Below, piece by piece: positions 38,805-49,172 of a stretch of 64,000 bases of DNA. The notes under the pieces were generated by a model, which saw nothing but the letters and a program-made list of their open reading frames with translations, was not told where the DNA came from and ran no database searches. Where the stretch lies: NCBI RefSeq assembly GCF_024502345.1, contig NZ_JALDNN010000001.1; one strand, given 5' to 3'. The position numbers and the translations under genes were made by a program. Position 1 is the first letter of the stretch; each line of letters starts with the position of its first letter. The stretch comes from Escherichia coli (lineage in GTDB: Bacteria; Pseudomonadota; Gammaproteobacteria; Enterobacterales; Enterobacteriaceae).

Positions 38805-39938
38805 TCAAAACGAAGCTAATTGACCCTGAATCCAGATTTGTTGCACATGTAGCCCGCTATCCAGCGCAACGACGCTGGCGCGTTTGCCCGGTTTAAGCGA
38901 TCCCAGAACACCATCAACACCCAGCATTCGCGCCGGATGCAGCGACGCCATATGGATGGCTTCCGCAGGCGTTACGCCCGTCAACTCGACCATATTGCGC
39001 ACTGCCGCATCAACAGACAGCGTACTGCCCGCCAGCCCACCAGACGCGGTACGGACAACGCCACCGTGCATCTGCACTTCTTCACCACATAACGTATAGC
39101 GACCATCCGGCATCCCAGCTGCCTGCATCGCGTCGGTGATCAGTACGATTCTCTCTTTCGCACAGCAACAACACAGCGACATTGCCGCCGGATGCACATG
39201 ATGACCATCGGCTATCAGTTCCAGCCAGGCGCGCTTGTCCGTTAATCCCGCGCCAACCATTCCCGGTTCGCGGTGATGTAAACCTGTCATCCCGTTATAG
39301 CAATGCACCAGGCCGTCGGCACCAGCATCAAATGCGGCGCGGGTTTGTTGCCAGGTCGCCGCGCTATGCCCCAGCATCACCCTTACGTTTTGCTGTTTAA
39401 GATGGCGGATGGCCTGCAATGCCCCTTCTTTTTCCGGTGCCAGCGCTACCACGCGTAAGGTGTGCTGAGAAACGGCAATCAACTGATCCAGCTCGGCAAT
39501 TTCAAGCTCGCGAAACAACTGCGGCGGATGCGCGCCTTTATTCTGCGGCGTGAAGTACGGTCCTTCGAGATAACTCCCCAGCACTTGCGCACCAGGTCCG
39601 CCGCGTTGGCAACGTTGAGCAATACGTTTCAGCGCCGCATGAATGGTATTAAGCGGCGCGGTTACGGTGGTCGGTAACCAACTGCCGACACCTTCGCGTG
39701 CCTTGTGCATTGCCAGCTTGTCGAGTACATCCGGCGCGTCATCCATTACATCAACGCCCGCACCACCGTGTACATGGGTGTCGATGTAAGCAGGGCAGAG
39801 CAGTTCCGCATCGCGTTCAGTCACGCCCGCTGGAATCGGTTCGATTGCTGCGATGACACCGTCAGCAATACGCAACTGATGGTCATCGAGCCATCCCTCT
39901 TCAGTCAGCAGCCTTCTGGCGCGCAGAACGTGTGTCAT
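38805..39938 (-). CDS. agaA: N-acetylgalactosamine-6-phosphate deacetylase, apparently full length
   Basis: 377-aa NagA-family ORF from ATG at 39938 (overlaps upstream TGA in ATGA) with N-terminal metal-binding HVHGG motif. Confidence 0.85.
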   Translation of the reverse strand: MTHVLRARRLLTEEGWLDDHQLRIADGVIAAIEPIPAGVTERDAELLCPAYIDTHVHGGAGVDVMDDAPDVLDKLAMHKAREGVGSWLPTTVTAPLNTIHAALKRIAQRCQRGGPGAQVLGSYLEGPYFTPQNKGAHPPQLFRELEIAELDQLIAVSQHTLRVVALAPEKEGALQAIRHLKQQNVRVMLGHSAATWQQTRAAFDAGADGLVHCYNGMTGLHHREPGMVGAGLTDKRAWLELIADGHHVHPAAMSLCCCCAKERIVLITDAMQAAGMPDGRYTLCGEEVQMHGGVVRTASGGLAGSTLSVDAAVRNMVELTGVTPAEAIHMASLHPARMLGVDGVLGSLKPGKRASVVALDSGLHVQQIWIQGQLASF

Positions 39939-40078
39939 ATCCCTTCCTCGACCGGACATTCTTCATGGCAGCGGTCTAACTCGTCCACCAGACTGGTCAG
40001 CCCACGATGTCCACACTCCAGCGCCTGTACTCGGAATTCTTCACCGCTTAACCCTTCGCGCTCCAGCACCATCTCCAG
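39935..40078 (-). pseudogene. agaF: 3' remnant (47 codons) of PTS EIIA gene agaF, lacking start
   Basis: In-frame peptide LEMVLEREGLSGEEFRVQALECGHRGLTSLVDELDRCHEECPVEEGI ending in stop that overlaps agaA start; no upstream initiator. Confidence 0.5.
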
Positions 40079-40241
40079 TACCGCCGGTTAAAATACCGGT
40101 ATGCAGATCGCCAAGTACCAGCCCGACTAACGGGCCGAGGACCACCGGGCGGTGCATATGGGTTAAGCCGTTAAACATATCCAGGCCAGCGATAAAGGCG
40201 ATAATGCCCAACGCGAATGCCTGCAACAGACTGATTTCCAT
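40041..40241 (-). pseudogene. agaW: 5' fragment of PTS EIIC gene agaW (54 native codons then frameshifted tail)
   Basis: N-terminus MEISLLQAFALGIIAFIAGLD... parallels AgaC N-terminus, then runs out of frame into agaF remnant. Confidence 0.6.
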
Positions 40242-40251
40242 GATGAATCCC

Positions 40252-40725
40252 TCAAAGTAATTTAAAGAGGTCCACAGCAGGCTCTGTCGGGACGCCCTGA
40301 ACGAAGCATTCCACCCCAGCGGCTTTCAGGTCGTTAAATGCTGCGATATCGCCCGCATCCACAGAAACCGTTTTGGCGATTTGTTGCTTGCCATTGGCGT
40401 AGTGCATATTGCCAACGTTAATGCGATTCACCGGAACGCCACCTTTCACCAGCGTCAGGAAATCGGCGGGTGTTTTACAAACCAGCAGGATTTTCTGTCG
40501 ATCGGCGGCGCGATGAATGTTGTCGATAACTTTTTGCAGCGTCCAGAAACGTACGGCGATCCCTTCTGCCAGTACCATTTCCATCAGGTTTTGTTGTACC
40601 GGATCTTCGGCAACCTCATCGTTGGCTACCAGCACCAGATTTGCCCCCGCAAATCCGACCCACTGAACGCCGACCTGACCGTGAATCAAGCGTTCATCAA
40701 TCCGGCTTAAAACAATATTTGGCAT
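40252..40725 (-). CDS. agaV: PTS N-acetylgalactosamine-specific EIIB component
   Basis: ORF trimmed to MPNIVLSRIDERLIHGQ (157 aa); paralogue of AgaB. Confidence 0.85.
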   Translation of the reverse strand: MPNIVLSRIDERLIHGQVGVQWVGFAGANLVLVANDEVAEDPVQQNLMEMVLAEGIAVRFWTLQKVIDNIHRAADRQKILLVCKTPADFLTLVKGGVPVNRINVGNMHYANGKQQIAKTVSVDAGDIAAFNDLKAAGVECFVQGVPTEPAVDLFKLL

Positions 40726-40747
40726 AGCGTGTTCCTCTTTGTTTTGC

Positions 40748-42028
40748 TTATTGGCCTTCACAGGCTGTGTGGTACTGCGCCAGGATGTCCTGAATATGGT
40801 TGATAATGAGTTCCCGTGGCGTTGGCTGCAGCTCGCCGGAGCGAACTTTCACGTACTGCAGCGGCAGATACTGGCTGATCAGCGGCAGCGGAATTGGTGA
40901 ATCCGCCAGATTACGTACCAGATGAGCGAAAGCGTCATCAATCTGGCTGTCCGGCCAGTAATAGCGCACGCGATCCGAGTAGCTATAACCACGCGCCAGA
41001 CGACGCGCGTTGCCGTCACCGTGGTAGTGGCTTTGCCAGTATTCCGGGCGGTCGAGCATCACGTTTTCCAGCACCTGACGCAGACCAGAACAGGCTTTTG
41101 CTGGCACCAGTTCTTCTTCAATCGCTGCCAGAGAGAACAGAGCTTCACGCAGGGCGAAGGTCAGCGCCGGGCCAACTTTCAGAATGGCAAAGTGGTCAAT
41201 CACCAGCCGGCGCAGCGATTGCGGCGTTTGATAATCGGTAGAGTGCGCTTCGAAAATCAGCGTTTCGTAGCTTTCGACCATCTGGCTTAAGGCGGTCGCT
41301 TTGGCGGGCTGATAATCAATAACGTTGGTGTGATCGAATTCGACGCCGGGTTGAACCACCAGGGCAATGATGCGTGGCCAGATGGCATTCAAACCTTGCT
41401 TTTCAAAGGCGTGACGATGGGCTTCCAGCGTGGCGCGGGCGGCATCCGGCGTGGTGACCACCAGCTCGCTTAAGGTTTCATGCGCGCCGCCAGGTACCGG
41501 CACTTCGGTACCAATGACATACTCCAGATCGGCTTCGCCAAAGTGTTCAAGACAGGTTTCTTCCGCCACTTTCGCCAGACGGGCGGCGCGTTCAGCCACG
41601 ATGTCATCAGTTAAGGGAATCGGATCGTCCTGACAGGACATGCTGCAATCAAGGTGGATTTTTTTGAATCCTGCCGCAACGTAGCTTTTAATCAAATCAT
41701 CGGCATTGGCCATTGCCTGAGCGGCCGGCAGGTTTTGCCAGCGGTTTGGCCCCAGATGGTCACCACCCAGAATCAACGCATCCTGCGGGAAATTCAACGA
41801 GTCGGCGAGCTGACAAACAAAGCCGCGAAAATCGGCGGGCGTCATTCCGGTATAACCGCCGAACTGGTCTACCTGATTGGAGGTTGCTTCAATCAGTAAC
41901 GGCGTTTGGTTTGCACTGGCGTAGCGGATTGCAGCCTCCAGCACCAGCGGATGTGCGGAACAAACGGCATAAATTCCATTTGTTTTGCCCGCTTTGTGCT
42001 GTCTCACCATTTCTGTCAGATGTTTCAC
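40748..42028 (-). CDS. kbaZ: tagatose-bisphosphate aldolase non-catalytic subunit
   Basis: 426-aa ORF recognised as KbaZ/AgaZ. Confidence 0.9.
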   Translation of the reverse strand: MKHLTEMVRQHKAGKTNGIYAVCSAHPLVLEAAIRYASANQTPLLIEATSNQVDQFGGYTGMTPADFRGFVCQLADSLNFPQDALILGGDHLGPNRWQNLPAAQAMANADDLIKSYVAAGFKKIHLDCSMSCQDDPIPLTDDIVAERAARLAKVAEETCLEHFGEADLEYVIGTEVPVPGGAHETLSELVVTTPDAARATLEAHRHAFEKQGLNAIWPRIIALVVQPGVEFDHTNVIDYQPAKATALSQMVESYETLIFEAHSTDYQTPQSLRRLVIDHFAILKVGPALTFALREALFSLAAIEEELVPAKACSGLRQVLENVMLDRPEYWQSHYHGDGNARRLARGYSYSDRVRYYWPDSQIDDAFAHLVRNLADSPIPLPLISQYLPLQYVKVRSGELQPTPRELIINHIQDILAQYHTACEGQ

Positions 42029-42276
42029 TTTCCTCTCCAGTTCAGATTACTGCGATATTAATCTTTCGTTTTGTTTCAGTTGATACTGCGTCATGGTGAG
42101 ATAAAAATAAAACGAAAGATAATAGTTTTCTGATCTGATTCACAAAAGAAACATAATGAAAGTCACTGAAACGAGAGTAGCTTGCGTCAATGGGCAAGGT
42201 GGGCTTGCATTTGCTTAATAGAAAGGCGTTAATAGGCAAAACGAAATGAAACGAAAGTTTTACGAAAGGACTTACT
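42029..42276. promoter_or_regulatory. kbaZ/agaR divergent control region with repeated AgaR operator motifs
   Basis: At least five copies of CTTTCGTTT / AAACGAAAG (e.g. 42063-42072, 42108-42118, 42240-42270). Confidence 0.6.
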
Positions 42277-43086
42277 ATGAGTAATACCGACGCTTCAGGT
42301 GAGAAGCGAGTGACAGGCACCAGCGAGCGACGAGAACAGATCATTCAGCGTCTGCGACAGCAAGGGAGTGTGCAGGTTAACGATCTGTCGGCATTGTATG
42401 GCGTATCTACTGTGACGATCCGCAACGATCTGGCGTTTCTGGAAAAGCAGGGGATCGCTGTGCGTGCCTATGGTGGCGCGTTGATCTGCGATAGCACGAC
42501 GCCGTCAGTCGAGCCATCAGTGGAAGATAAAAGCGCACTGAACACCGCGATGAAACGCAGCGTTGCGAAAGCTGCCGTTGAGTTGATTCAGCCAGGTCAT
42601 CGGGTGATCCTCGATTCCGGGACCACCACTTTTGAGATTGCTCGTCTGATGCGCAAGCACACTGACGTAATTGCGATGACCAACGGTATGAACGTGGCTA
42701 ATGCGTTGCTGGAAGCGGAAGGCGTTGAGCTGCTGATGACCGGCGGGCATTTGCGCCGTCAGTCGCAATCTCTTTACGGCGATCAGGCTGAGCAATCGCT
42801 GCAAAATTACCACTTCGATATGCTGTTTCTTGGTGTAGATGCGATTGATCTGGAGCGCGGCGTCAGCACACATAATGAAGATGAAGCCCGTTTAAACCGC
42901 CGGATGTGCGAAGTTGCGGAACGGATCATCGTGGTCACCGATTCCAGTAAGTTCAATCGTTCCAGTTTACATAAGATCATTGATACTCAACGTATCGACA
43001 TGATCATTGTTGATGAAGGCATTCCTGCGGATAGTCTGGAAGGACTGCGAAAGGCTGGGGTTGAAGTGATTCTGGTCGGGGAGTGA
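42277..43086 (+). CDS. agaR: DeoR-family repressor of the aga regulon
   Basis: 269-aa ORF with N-terminal HTH and DeoR-type sugar-binding domain. Confidence 0.9.
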   Translation: MSNTDASGEKRVTGTSERREQIIQRLRQQGSVQVNDLSALYGVSTVTIRNDLAFLEKQGIAVRAYGGALICDSTTPSVEPSVEDKSALNTAMKRSVAKAAVELIQPGHRVILDSGTTTFEIARLMRKHTDVIAMTNGMNVANALLEAEGVELLMTGGHLRRQSQSLYGDQAEQSLQNYHFDMLFLGVDAIDLERGVSTHNEDEARLNRRMCEVAERIIVVTDSSKFNRSSLHKIIDTQRIDMIIVDEGIPADSLEGLRKAGVEVILVGE

Positions 43087-43141
43087 GAAAGGGTTGCCCG
43101 CTGGTCAACACGAATGCGTTCGGCGGGCATTGTGAACACCA

Positions 43142-43606
43142 TCAATGGTTTTCTTCTGTCTCTTGGGTGAGGCTTTCCCAGTCGGCAGGAGGATGTCCTC
43201 TTTTTAACATTTTACTGAATACGGTATAGGCATCTGTTTTTTTACCGTAGGTGCGCAGCGTGTTTTCATCGTTCATCCATCCCAGAATGATGACTTTCTC
43301 TTTTTCACTATAGCGAAAGAAGAGACGATAACGACCAGCATCAAATTTTACCCGTGACCAGTCTTTATTTTTCCCAGAGCCTAACGACTTGCCATGACGG
43401 AATGCCGGTGATGATGGATTGACCGTGATATGCTCCTCAATCACTTTATGGACTACCGCCAATAACTTTGTGGCGGCTTTTCTCTGATAATTTTCAGGAT
43501 CTTTTCCCTTTAATGTCTCGACTTCGGCAACTAAAGCGTCGTAGGTTTCCTGAAAACAGGGATGAGCATATAGCGCCCAACCATTAACCCTTTGTGGAAA
43601 ATCCAT
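43142..43606 (-). CDS. yhaV: type II toxin YhaV (ribosome-dependent mRNA interferase)
   Basis: 154-aa ORF recognised as YhaV; overlaps prlF stop. Confidence 0.9.
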   Translation of the reverse strand: MDFPQRVNGWALYAHPCFQETYDALVAEVETLKGKDPENYQRKAATKLLAVVHKVIEEHITVNPSSPAFRHGKSLGSGKNKDWSRVKFDAGRYRLFFRYSEKEKVIILGWMNDENTLRTYGKKTDAYTVFSKMLKRGHPPADWESLTQETEENH

Positions 43607-43941
43607 TATTCGTCGTCGCCAATCTCATCATCAATGTTGACGTCCATGCCAGCGACAAGTTTCTTTCCTTGTTGAATGTTGAATGGACGAGTTTTTTGCG
43701 GGTTGTTCTGGATATCTGCATCCAGAAAACGCAAAAATGCATTCATAGTATGATCCTCCTGTTCATTTCCCAGTCGGCACATAAATACTTGCCCACCAGG
43801 CAGAATTTCGTAATGAATGCTGTCCTGGCCTGGCTTCAGTTTTAAAGCCTCACGCACTGGCGCGGGGATAGTTGTTTGTCCGCGTATCGTGACCTTTGAT
43901 TCAGTGGTCAGTACAGCGTGAGAGCGAGCATTAGCGGGCAT
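43606..43941 (-). CDS. prlF: antitoxin PrlF/SohA (AbrB/SpoVT-type DNA-binding fold)
   Basis: 111-aa ORF with acidic C-terminal tail; upstream of yhaV. Confidence 0.9.
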   Translation of the reverse strand: MPANARSHAVLTTESKVTIRGQTTIPAPVREALKLKPGQDSIHYEILPGGQVFMCRLGNEQEDHTMNAFLRFLDADIQNNPQKTRPFNIQQGKKLVAGMDVNIDDEIGDDE

Positions 43942-44089
43942 GATTCACTGTCCTTTTACAGCCTGTTTTCTGCTCAAATTATAAGCTTGAAATAAGGTAA
44001 TGCAAATGCATTATTAATGGACGTGGGGGCTTTAAACAATAAAAACATGGCACTAAGGCCATGTTTTGCGAGGGACGTTCCAAAAGAAA

Positions 44090-45661
44090 TCAGGTCACCG
44101 GTGCTGGGTTAAACACCGCCAGCTGGTTATGCAGTCCCCATTGATCCGAGAAGGTTTTCTTCTTCCCGCTGGCGACGTCGAGAATAAAGTGGAACAACTT
44201 CCAGCCCACCTCTTCAATGGTTTCTTCGCCGGTGGCGATAGTGCCCGCGTTAATATCCATTAAATCAAACCAGCGGTTCGCCAGCTCGGTGTGGGTCGCC
44301 ATTTTAATGACGGGTACCGCCATCAGGCCGTACGGCGTACCACGACCGGTCGTAAACACTTGCACGGTGATACCCGAAGCCACCTGTTGCGTGCCACAGA
44401 CAAAATCGCTGGCTGGCGTCGCGGCGTAAATTAATCCGCGTTTAGTCGGGCGTTGACCGGGCGACAGCACTTCAACAATTGCGCTTTTACCCGATTTAGC
44501 AATGGAGCCGAGTGCCTTCTCTACCACGTTTGCCAGACCGCCTTTCTTGTTGCCCGGCGAAGGGTTGGCGCTGCGGTCGGTTTTTCCCATATTGAGATAG
44601 TTATCGTACCACTCCATCTCCTCCAGCAGCCGTTTGCCGACCTCTTCGTTCACTGCGCGTGGTGTCAGCAGATGGATCGCGTCACGCACTTCCGTTACTT
44701 CTGAAAACATCACCGTTGCGCCGCAGCGCACCAGTAGATCAGACGCATAGCCAACCGCCGGGTTTGCCGTTACACCAGAAAACGCATCGCTGCCACCGCA
44801 CTGCATACCAACGACCAGTTCTGAAGCCGGGCAGGTTTCTCGCTGCCGTTGATTCAGTTTTTGTAGATGGCGTTCGGCGATCTGCAAAATATCCTCGACC
44901 ATGGACTGAAAACCGACATGCTTTTCATCCTGCAAGCTGACAATACTGGCGTTCTCCAGCGGAATACCTTGTACATCATCCGTGCCGACCAGCAGGCGTT
45001 CTGGCTGTAATTTCTCGCAACCCAGGCCAATCACCATCACCTCGCCGCCAAAGTTTGGGTTAAGCGAAATGTTGTGAATGGTCCGAATGGGCACCACCGC
45101 CGCCGGAGCGTTAATCGCCACGCCACAACCGTACAGATGATTCAGCCCCACCACGCCATCGACGTTCGGGTATTTCGGCAGCAGATCGCGTTCAATGATT
45201 TTTACTACGTAGTCCACCACGCCTGCCACACAGTGGACGCTGGTGGTGATGCCGAGCAGGTTTTTGGTGCCCACGCTGCCATCGGCATTGCGATAGCCTT
45301 CAAAGGTGTAACCTTCCAGCGGCGGTAAGGGTTCCGGGACTTTGGTTGCCAGTGGCAGCGTGTGTAACGGCGGCGCTTCCGGTAGTACAACCATTGATTC
45401 GTCGATCCAGCTTCCGCGTGGGATTGCGCGCACGGCGTAACCAATCACTTCGCCATAACGAATAATTTCACCATTAGCCGGAATGTCCAGCAATGCGACT
45501 TTATGCCCCTGGGGAATATGTTCAATTAATTCCAGCCCATCCGGAAAACGCGTTCCTGCTTTCAGGCCATTATCATTAACAATAATTGCCACATTATCTG
45601 TGTCGTGAACTTTTATATAAAACGCAGTTGGCGTTTCTTGTCTGATTTCGATGTTGGCCAT
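44090..45661 (-). CDS. garD: galactarate dehydratase
   Basis: 523-aa ORF recognised as GarD. Confidence 0.9.
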   Translation of the reverse strand: MANIEIRQETPTAFYIKVHDTDNVAIIVNDNGLKAGTRFPDGLELIEHIPQGHKVALLDIPANGEIIRYGEVIGYAVRAIPRGSWIDESMVVLPEAPPLHTLPLATKVPEPLPPLEGYTFEGYRNADGSVGTKNLLGITTSVHCVAGVVDYVVKIIERDLLPKYPNVDGVVGLNHLYGCGVAINAPAAVVPIRTIHNISLNPNFGGEVMVIGLGCEKLQPERLLVGTDDVQGIPLENASIVSLQDEKHVGFQSMVEDILQIAERHLQKLNQRQRETCPASELVVGMQCGGSDAFSGVTANPAVGYASDLLVRCGATVMFSEVTEVRDAIHLLTPRAVNEEVGKRLLEEMEWYDNYLNMGKTDRSANPSPGNKKGGLANVVEKALGSIAKSGKSAIVEVLSPGQRPTKRGLIYAATPASDFVCGTQQVASGITVQVFTTGRGTPYGLMAVPVIKMATHTELANRWFDLMDINAGTIATGEETIEEVGWKLFHFILDVASGKKKTFSDQWGLHNQLAVFNPAPVT

Positions 45662-46035
45662 TGTGCAATATTCTCCAGCCAGGGGTTATTAAAATGAGGA
45701 CCTGGTCTCATTTAAAAATAAATGACTTCATTGGGTGAAATAAGAATGTCAGGAGTTTAAACGCAGAAATGTGATCAATGTCAATCATTTCAGGGATTGC
45801 AGTGCCGCCCGGCAAGGTAAAGCGCAAATCTGTGCTTTAGCGCGCAACCTTATGTGCATATGCTCAAAATAATATTTAAATGGTATTAATTAAATTAGCA
45901 TTTGCACAATGATTATTATTCTCGCGCTGCTTATACTAATTCCCGAGTTCATTGTCGTAACGGCATAAATAAAACTCATAAATAACACCTTCACCATAAT
46001 AATAAAAATCAGCCTAAGTACCCGAGGTAAATAAA
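45662..46035. promoter_or_regulatory. garD/garP divergent AT-rich control region
   Basis: 374-bp intergenic region between divergent operons; specific sites not resolved. Confidence 0.4.
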
Positions 46036-47370
46036 ATGATTCTGGACACCGTTGACGTAAAAAAGAAAGGCGTGCATACCCGCTATTTAATATTACTGAT
46101 TATTTTTATTGTTACCGCCGTTAACTACGCCGATCGTGCAACGCTGTCTATTGCTGGTACCGAAGTAGCAAAAGAGTTGCAGTTAAGTGCGGTTTCGATG
46201 GGTTACATCTTTTCTGCTTTTGGCTGGGCCTACCTGCTGATGCAAATCCCCGGCGGCTGGCTGCTTGATAAGTTTGGCTCGAAAAAAGTTTATACCTATA
46301 GCCTCTTTTTCTGGTCGCTATTCACCTTCCTGCAAGGCTTTGTTGATATGTTCCCGCTGGCCTGGGCAGGGATCTCAATGTTCTTTATGCGCTTTATGCT
46401 GGGGTTCTCGGAAGCGCCATCATTCCCGGCGAACGCCCGTATTGTCGCCGCCTGGTTCCCGACGAAAGAACGTGGTACTGCCTCCGCCATCTTTAACTCG
46501 GCGCAATATTTCTCGCTGGCGCTCTTTTCGCCTCTGCTTGGCTGGCTGACTTTCGCCTGGGGCTGGGAGCACGTCTTTACCGTTATGGGGGTGATTGGTT
46601 TTGTGCTGGCGGCGCTGTGGATCAAATTGATTCATAACCCGACAGATCACCCACGTATGTCTGCGGAAGAGCTGAAGTTTATCTCTGAAAATGGCGCGGT
46701 GGTCGATATGGACCACAAAAAGCCGGGCAGCGCGGCAGCAAGCGGTCCCAAACTGCATTACATCAAGCAATTGCTCTCTAACCGCATGATGTTGGGCGTA
46801 TTTTTCGGACAATATTTTATCAACACCATCACCTGGTTCTTCCTCACCTGGTTCCCGATTTATCTGGTGCAGGAAAAAGGCATGTCGATTCTGAAAGTGG
46901 GTCTGGTCGCCTCGATTCCGGCACTGTGTGGTTTTGCGGGCGGCGTGCTGGGAGGTGTCTTCTCGGATTATCTGATCAAACGCGGTTTATCCCTGACCCT
47001 GGCACGTAAACTACCGATTGTGCTGGGAATGTTGCTGGCTTCCACCATCATCTTATGTAACTACACCAACAACACCACGCTGGTGGTCATGCTGATGGCG
47101 CTGGCTTTTTTTGGCAAAGGATTTGGTGCTCTGGGCTGGCCGGTGATTTCTGACACCGCGCCGAAAGAGATTGTTGGCCTCTGTGGCGGCGTCTTTAACG
47201 TCTTTGGCAATGTTGCCTCCATTGTCACTCCACTGGTGATTGGCTACCTGGTAAGTGAACTGCACTCCTTCAATGCAGCACTGGTTTTCGTGGGATGTTC
47301 AGCGCTGATGGCGATGGTCTGCTACCTCTTCGTAGTTGGCGACATTAAACGTATGGAATTGCAGAAATAA
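46036..47370 (+). CDS. garP: galactarate/glucarate MFS transporter
   Basis: 444-aa MFS ORF recognised as GarP. Confidence 0.9.
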   Translation: MILDTVDVKKKGVHTRYLILLIIFIVTAVNYADRATLSIAGTEVAKELQLSAVSMGYIFSAFGWAYLLMQIPGGWLLDKFGSKKVYTYSLFFWSLFTFLQGFVDMFPLAWAGISMFFMRFMLGFSEAPSFPANARIVAAWFPTKERGTASAIFNSAQYFSLALFSPLLGWLTFAWGWEHVFTVMGVIGFVLAALWIKLIHNPTDHPRMSAEELKFISENGAVVDMDHKKPGSAAASGPKLHYIKQLLSNRMMLGVFFGQYFINTITWFFLTWFPIYLVQEKGMSILKVGLVASIPALCGFAGGVLGGVFSDYLIKRGLSLTLARKLPIVLGMLLASTIILCNYTNNTTLVVMLMALAFFGKGFGALGWPVISDTAPKEIVGLCGGVFNVFGNVASIVTPLVIGYLVSELHSFNAALVFVGCSALMAMVCYLFVVGDIKRMELQK

Positions 47371-47385
47371 GCAAAGGTATAAGCG

Positions 47386-48156
47386 ATGAATAACGATGTT
47401 TTCCCGAATAAATTCAAAGCCGCACTGGCTGCGAAACAGGTACAAATTGGTTGCTGGTCAGCACTCTCTAACCCGATTAGCACTGAAGTTCTTGGTTTGG
47501 CTGGGTTTGACTGGCTGGTGCTGGATGGCGAACATGCGCCAAACGATATCTTCACGTTTATTCCGCAGTTAATGGCCCTGAAAGGCAGCGCCAGCGCGCC
47601 AGTAGTGCGAGTGCCGACCAACGAGCCGGTAATTATTAAGCGTCTTCTGGATATCGGTTTCTATAACTTCCTGATTCCTTTTGTAGAAACAAAAGAGGAA
47701 GCAGAGCAGGCGGTGGCATCAACTCGTTACCCGCCGGAAGGCATTCGCGGCGTCTCCGTTTCTCACCGCGCCAATATGTTTGGCACCGTGGCGGATTATT
47801 TCGCTCAGTCGAACAAGAACATCACTATTCTGGTCCAGATAGAAAGTCAGCAGGGCGTAGATAACGTCGATGCTATTGCCGCTACCGAAGGTGTAGACGG
47901 TATCTTCGTCGGCCCCAGCGATCTGGCTGCGGCATTAGGCCATCTCGGCAATGCCTCGCACCCGGATGTACAAAAAGCAATTCAGCACATTTTTAACCGT
48001 GCCAGTGCGCACGGCAAACCCAGCGGTATCCTCGCACCGATCGAAGCCGATGCGCGTCGTTATCTGGAATGGGGCGCGACGTTTGTGGCTGTCGGCAGCG
48101 ATCTCGGCGTCTTCCGCTCTGCCACTCAGAAACTGGCTGATACCTTTAAAAAATAA
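47386..48156 (+). CDS. garL: 5-keto-4-deoxy-D-glucarate aldolase
   Basis: 256-aa ORF recognised as GarL. Confidence 0.9.
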   Translation: MNNDVFPNKFKAALAAKQVQIGCWSALSNPISTEVLGLAGFDWLVLDGEHAPNDIFTFIPQLMALKGSASAPVVRVPTNEPVIIKRLLDIGFYNFLIPFVETKEEAEQAVASTRYPPEGIRGVSVSHRANMFGTVADYFAQSNKNITILVQIESQQGVDNVDAIAATEGVDGIFVGPSDLAAALGHLGNASHPDVQKAIQHIFNRASAHGKPSGILAPIEADARRYLEWGATFVAVGSDLGVFRSATQKLADTFKK

Positions 48157-48185
48157 CCACCACCGCAACAAGAGAGATGATTGAT

Positions 48186-49076
48186 ATGACTATGAAAGTT
48201 GGTTTTATTGGCCTGGGGATTATGGGTAAACCAATGAGTAAAAACCTTCTGAAAGCAGGTTACTCGCTGGTGGTTGCTGACCGTAACCCAGAAGCTATTG
48301 CTGACGTGATTGCTGCAGGTGCAGAAACAGCGTCTACGGCTAAAGCGATCGCTGAACAGTGCGACGTCATCATAACCATGCTGCCAAACTCCCCTCATGT
48401 GAAAGAGGTGGCGCTGGGTGAGAATGGCATCATTGAAGGCGCGAAGCCAGGTACGGTATTGATCGATATGAGTTCTATCGCACCGCTGGCAAGCCGTGAA
48501 ATCAGTGAAGCGCTGAAAGCGAAAGGCATTGATATGCTGGATGCTCCGGTGAGCGGCGGTGAACCGAAAGCCATCGACGGTACGCTGTCAGTGATGGTGG
48601 GCGGCGACAAGGCTATTTTCGACAAATACTATGATTTGATGAAAGCGATGGCGGGTTCCGTGGTGCATACCGGGGAAATCGGTGCAGGTAACGTCACCAA
48701 ACTGGCAAATCAGGTCATTGTGGCGCTGAATATTGCCGCGATGTCAGAAGCGCTAACGCTGGCAACCAAAGCGGGCGTTAACCCGGACCTGGTGTATCAG
48801 GCAATTCGCGGTGGACTGGCGGGCAGTACCGTGCTGGATGCCAAAGCGCCGATGGTGATGGACCGCAACTTCAAGCCGGGCTTCCGTATTGATCTGCATA
48901 TTAAGGATCTGGCAAATGCGCTGGATACTTCCCACGGCGTCGGCGCGCAACTGCCGCTCACAGCTGCGGTTATGGAGATGATGCAGGCACTGCGAGCAGA
49001 TGGTTTAGGAACGGCGGATCATAGCGCCCTGGCGTGCTACTACGAAAAACTGGCGAAAGTCGAAGTTACTCGTTAA
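48186..49076 (+). CDS. garR: 2-hydroxy-3-oxopropionate (tartronate semialdehyde) reductase
   Basis: ORF with N-terminal GFIGLGIMG Rossmann motif; start at MTMKVGF. Confidence 0.85.
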   Translation: MTMKVGFIGLGIMGKPMSKNLLKAGYSLVVADRNPEAIADVIAAGAETASTAKAIAEQCDVIITMLPNSPHVKEVALGENGIIEGAKPGTVLIDMSSIAPLASREISEALKAKGIDMLDAPVSGGEPKAIDGTLSVMVGGDKAIFDKYYDLMKAMAGSVVHTGEIGAGNVTKLANQVIVALNIAAMSEALTLATKAGVNPDLVYQAIRGGLAGSTVLDAKAPMVMDRNFKPGFRIDLHIKDLANALDTSHGVGAQLPLTAAVMEMMQALRADGLGTADHSALACYYEKLAKVEVTR

Positions 49077-49172
49077 TGACGTCGTGCCCGGATGGCGTAT
49101 TGCAATCCGGGCCTGGAATCCAGGCCGAATAAGAGAAACGCCCTCCGGCGTCATGTGGTAACAGGCATAGGT

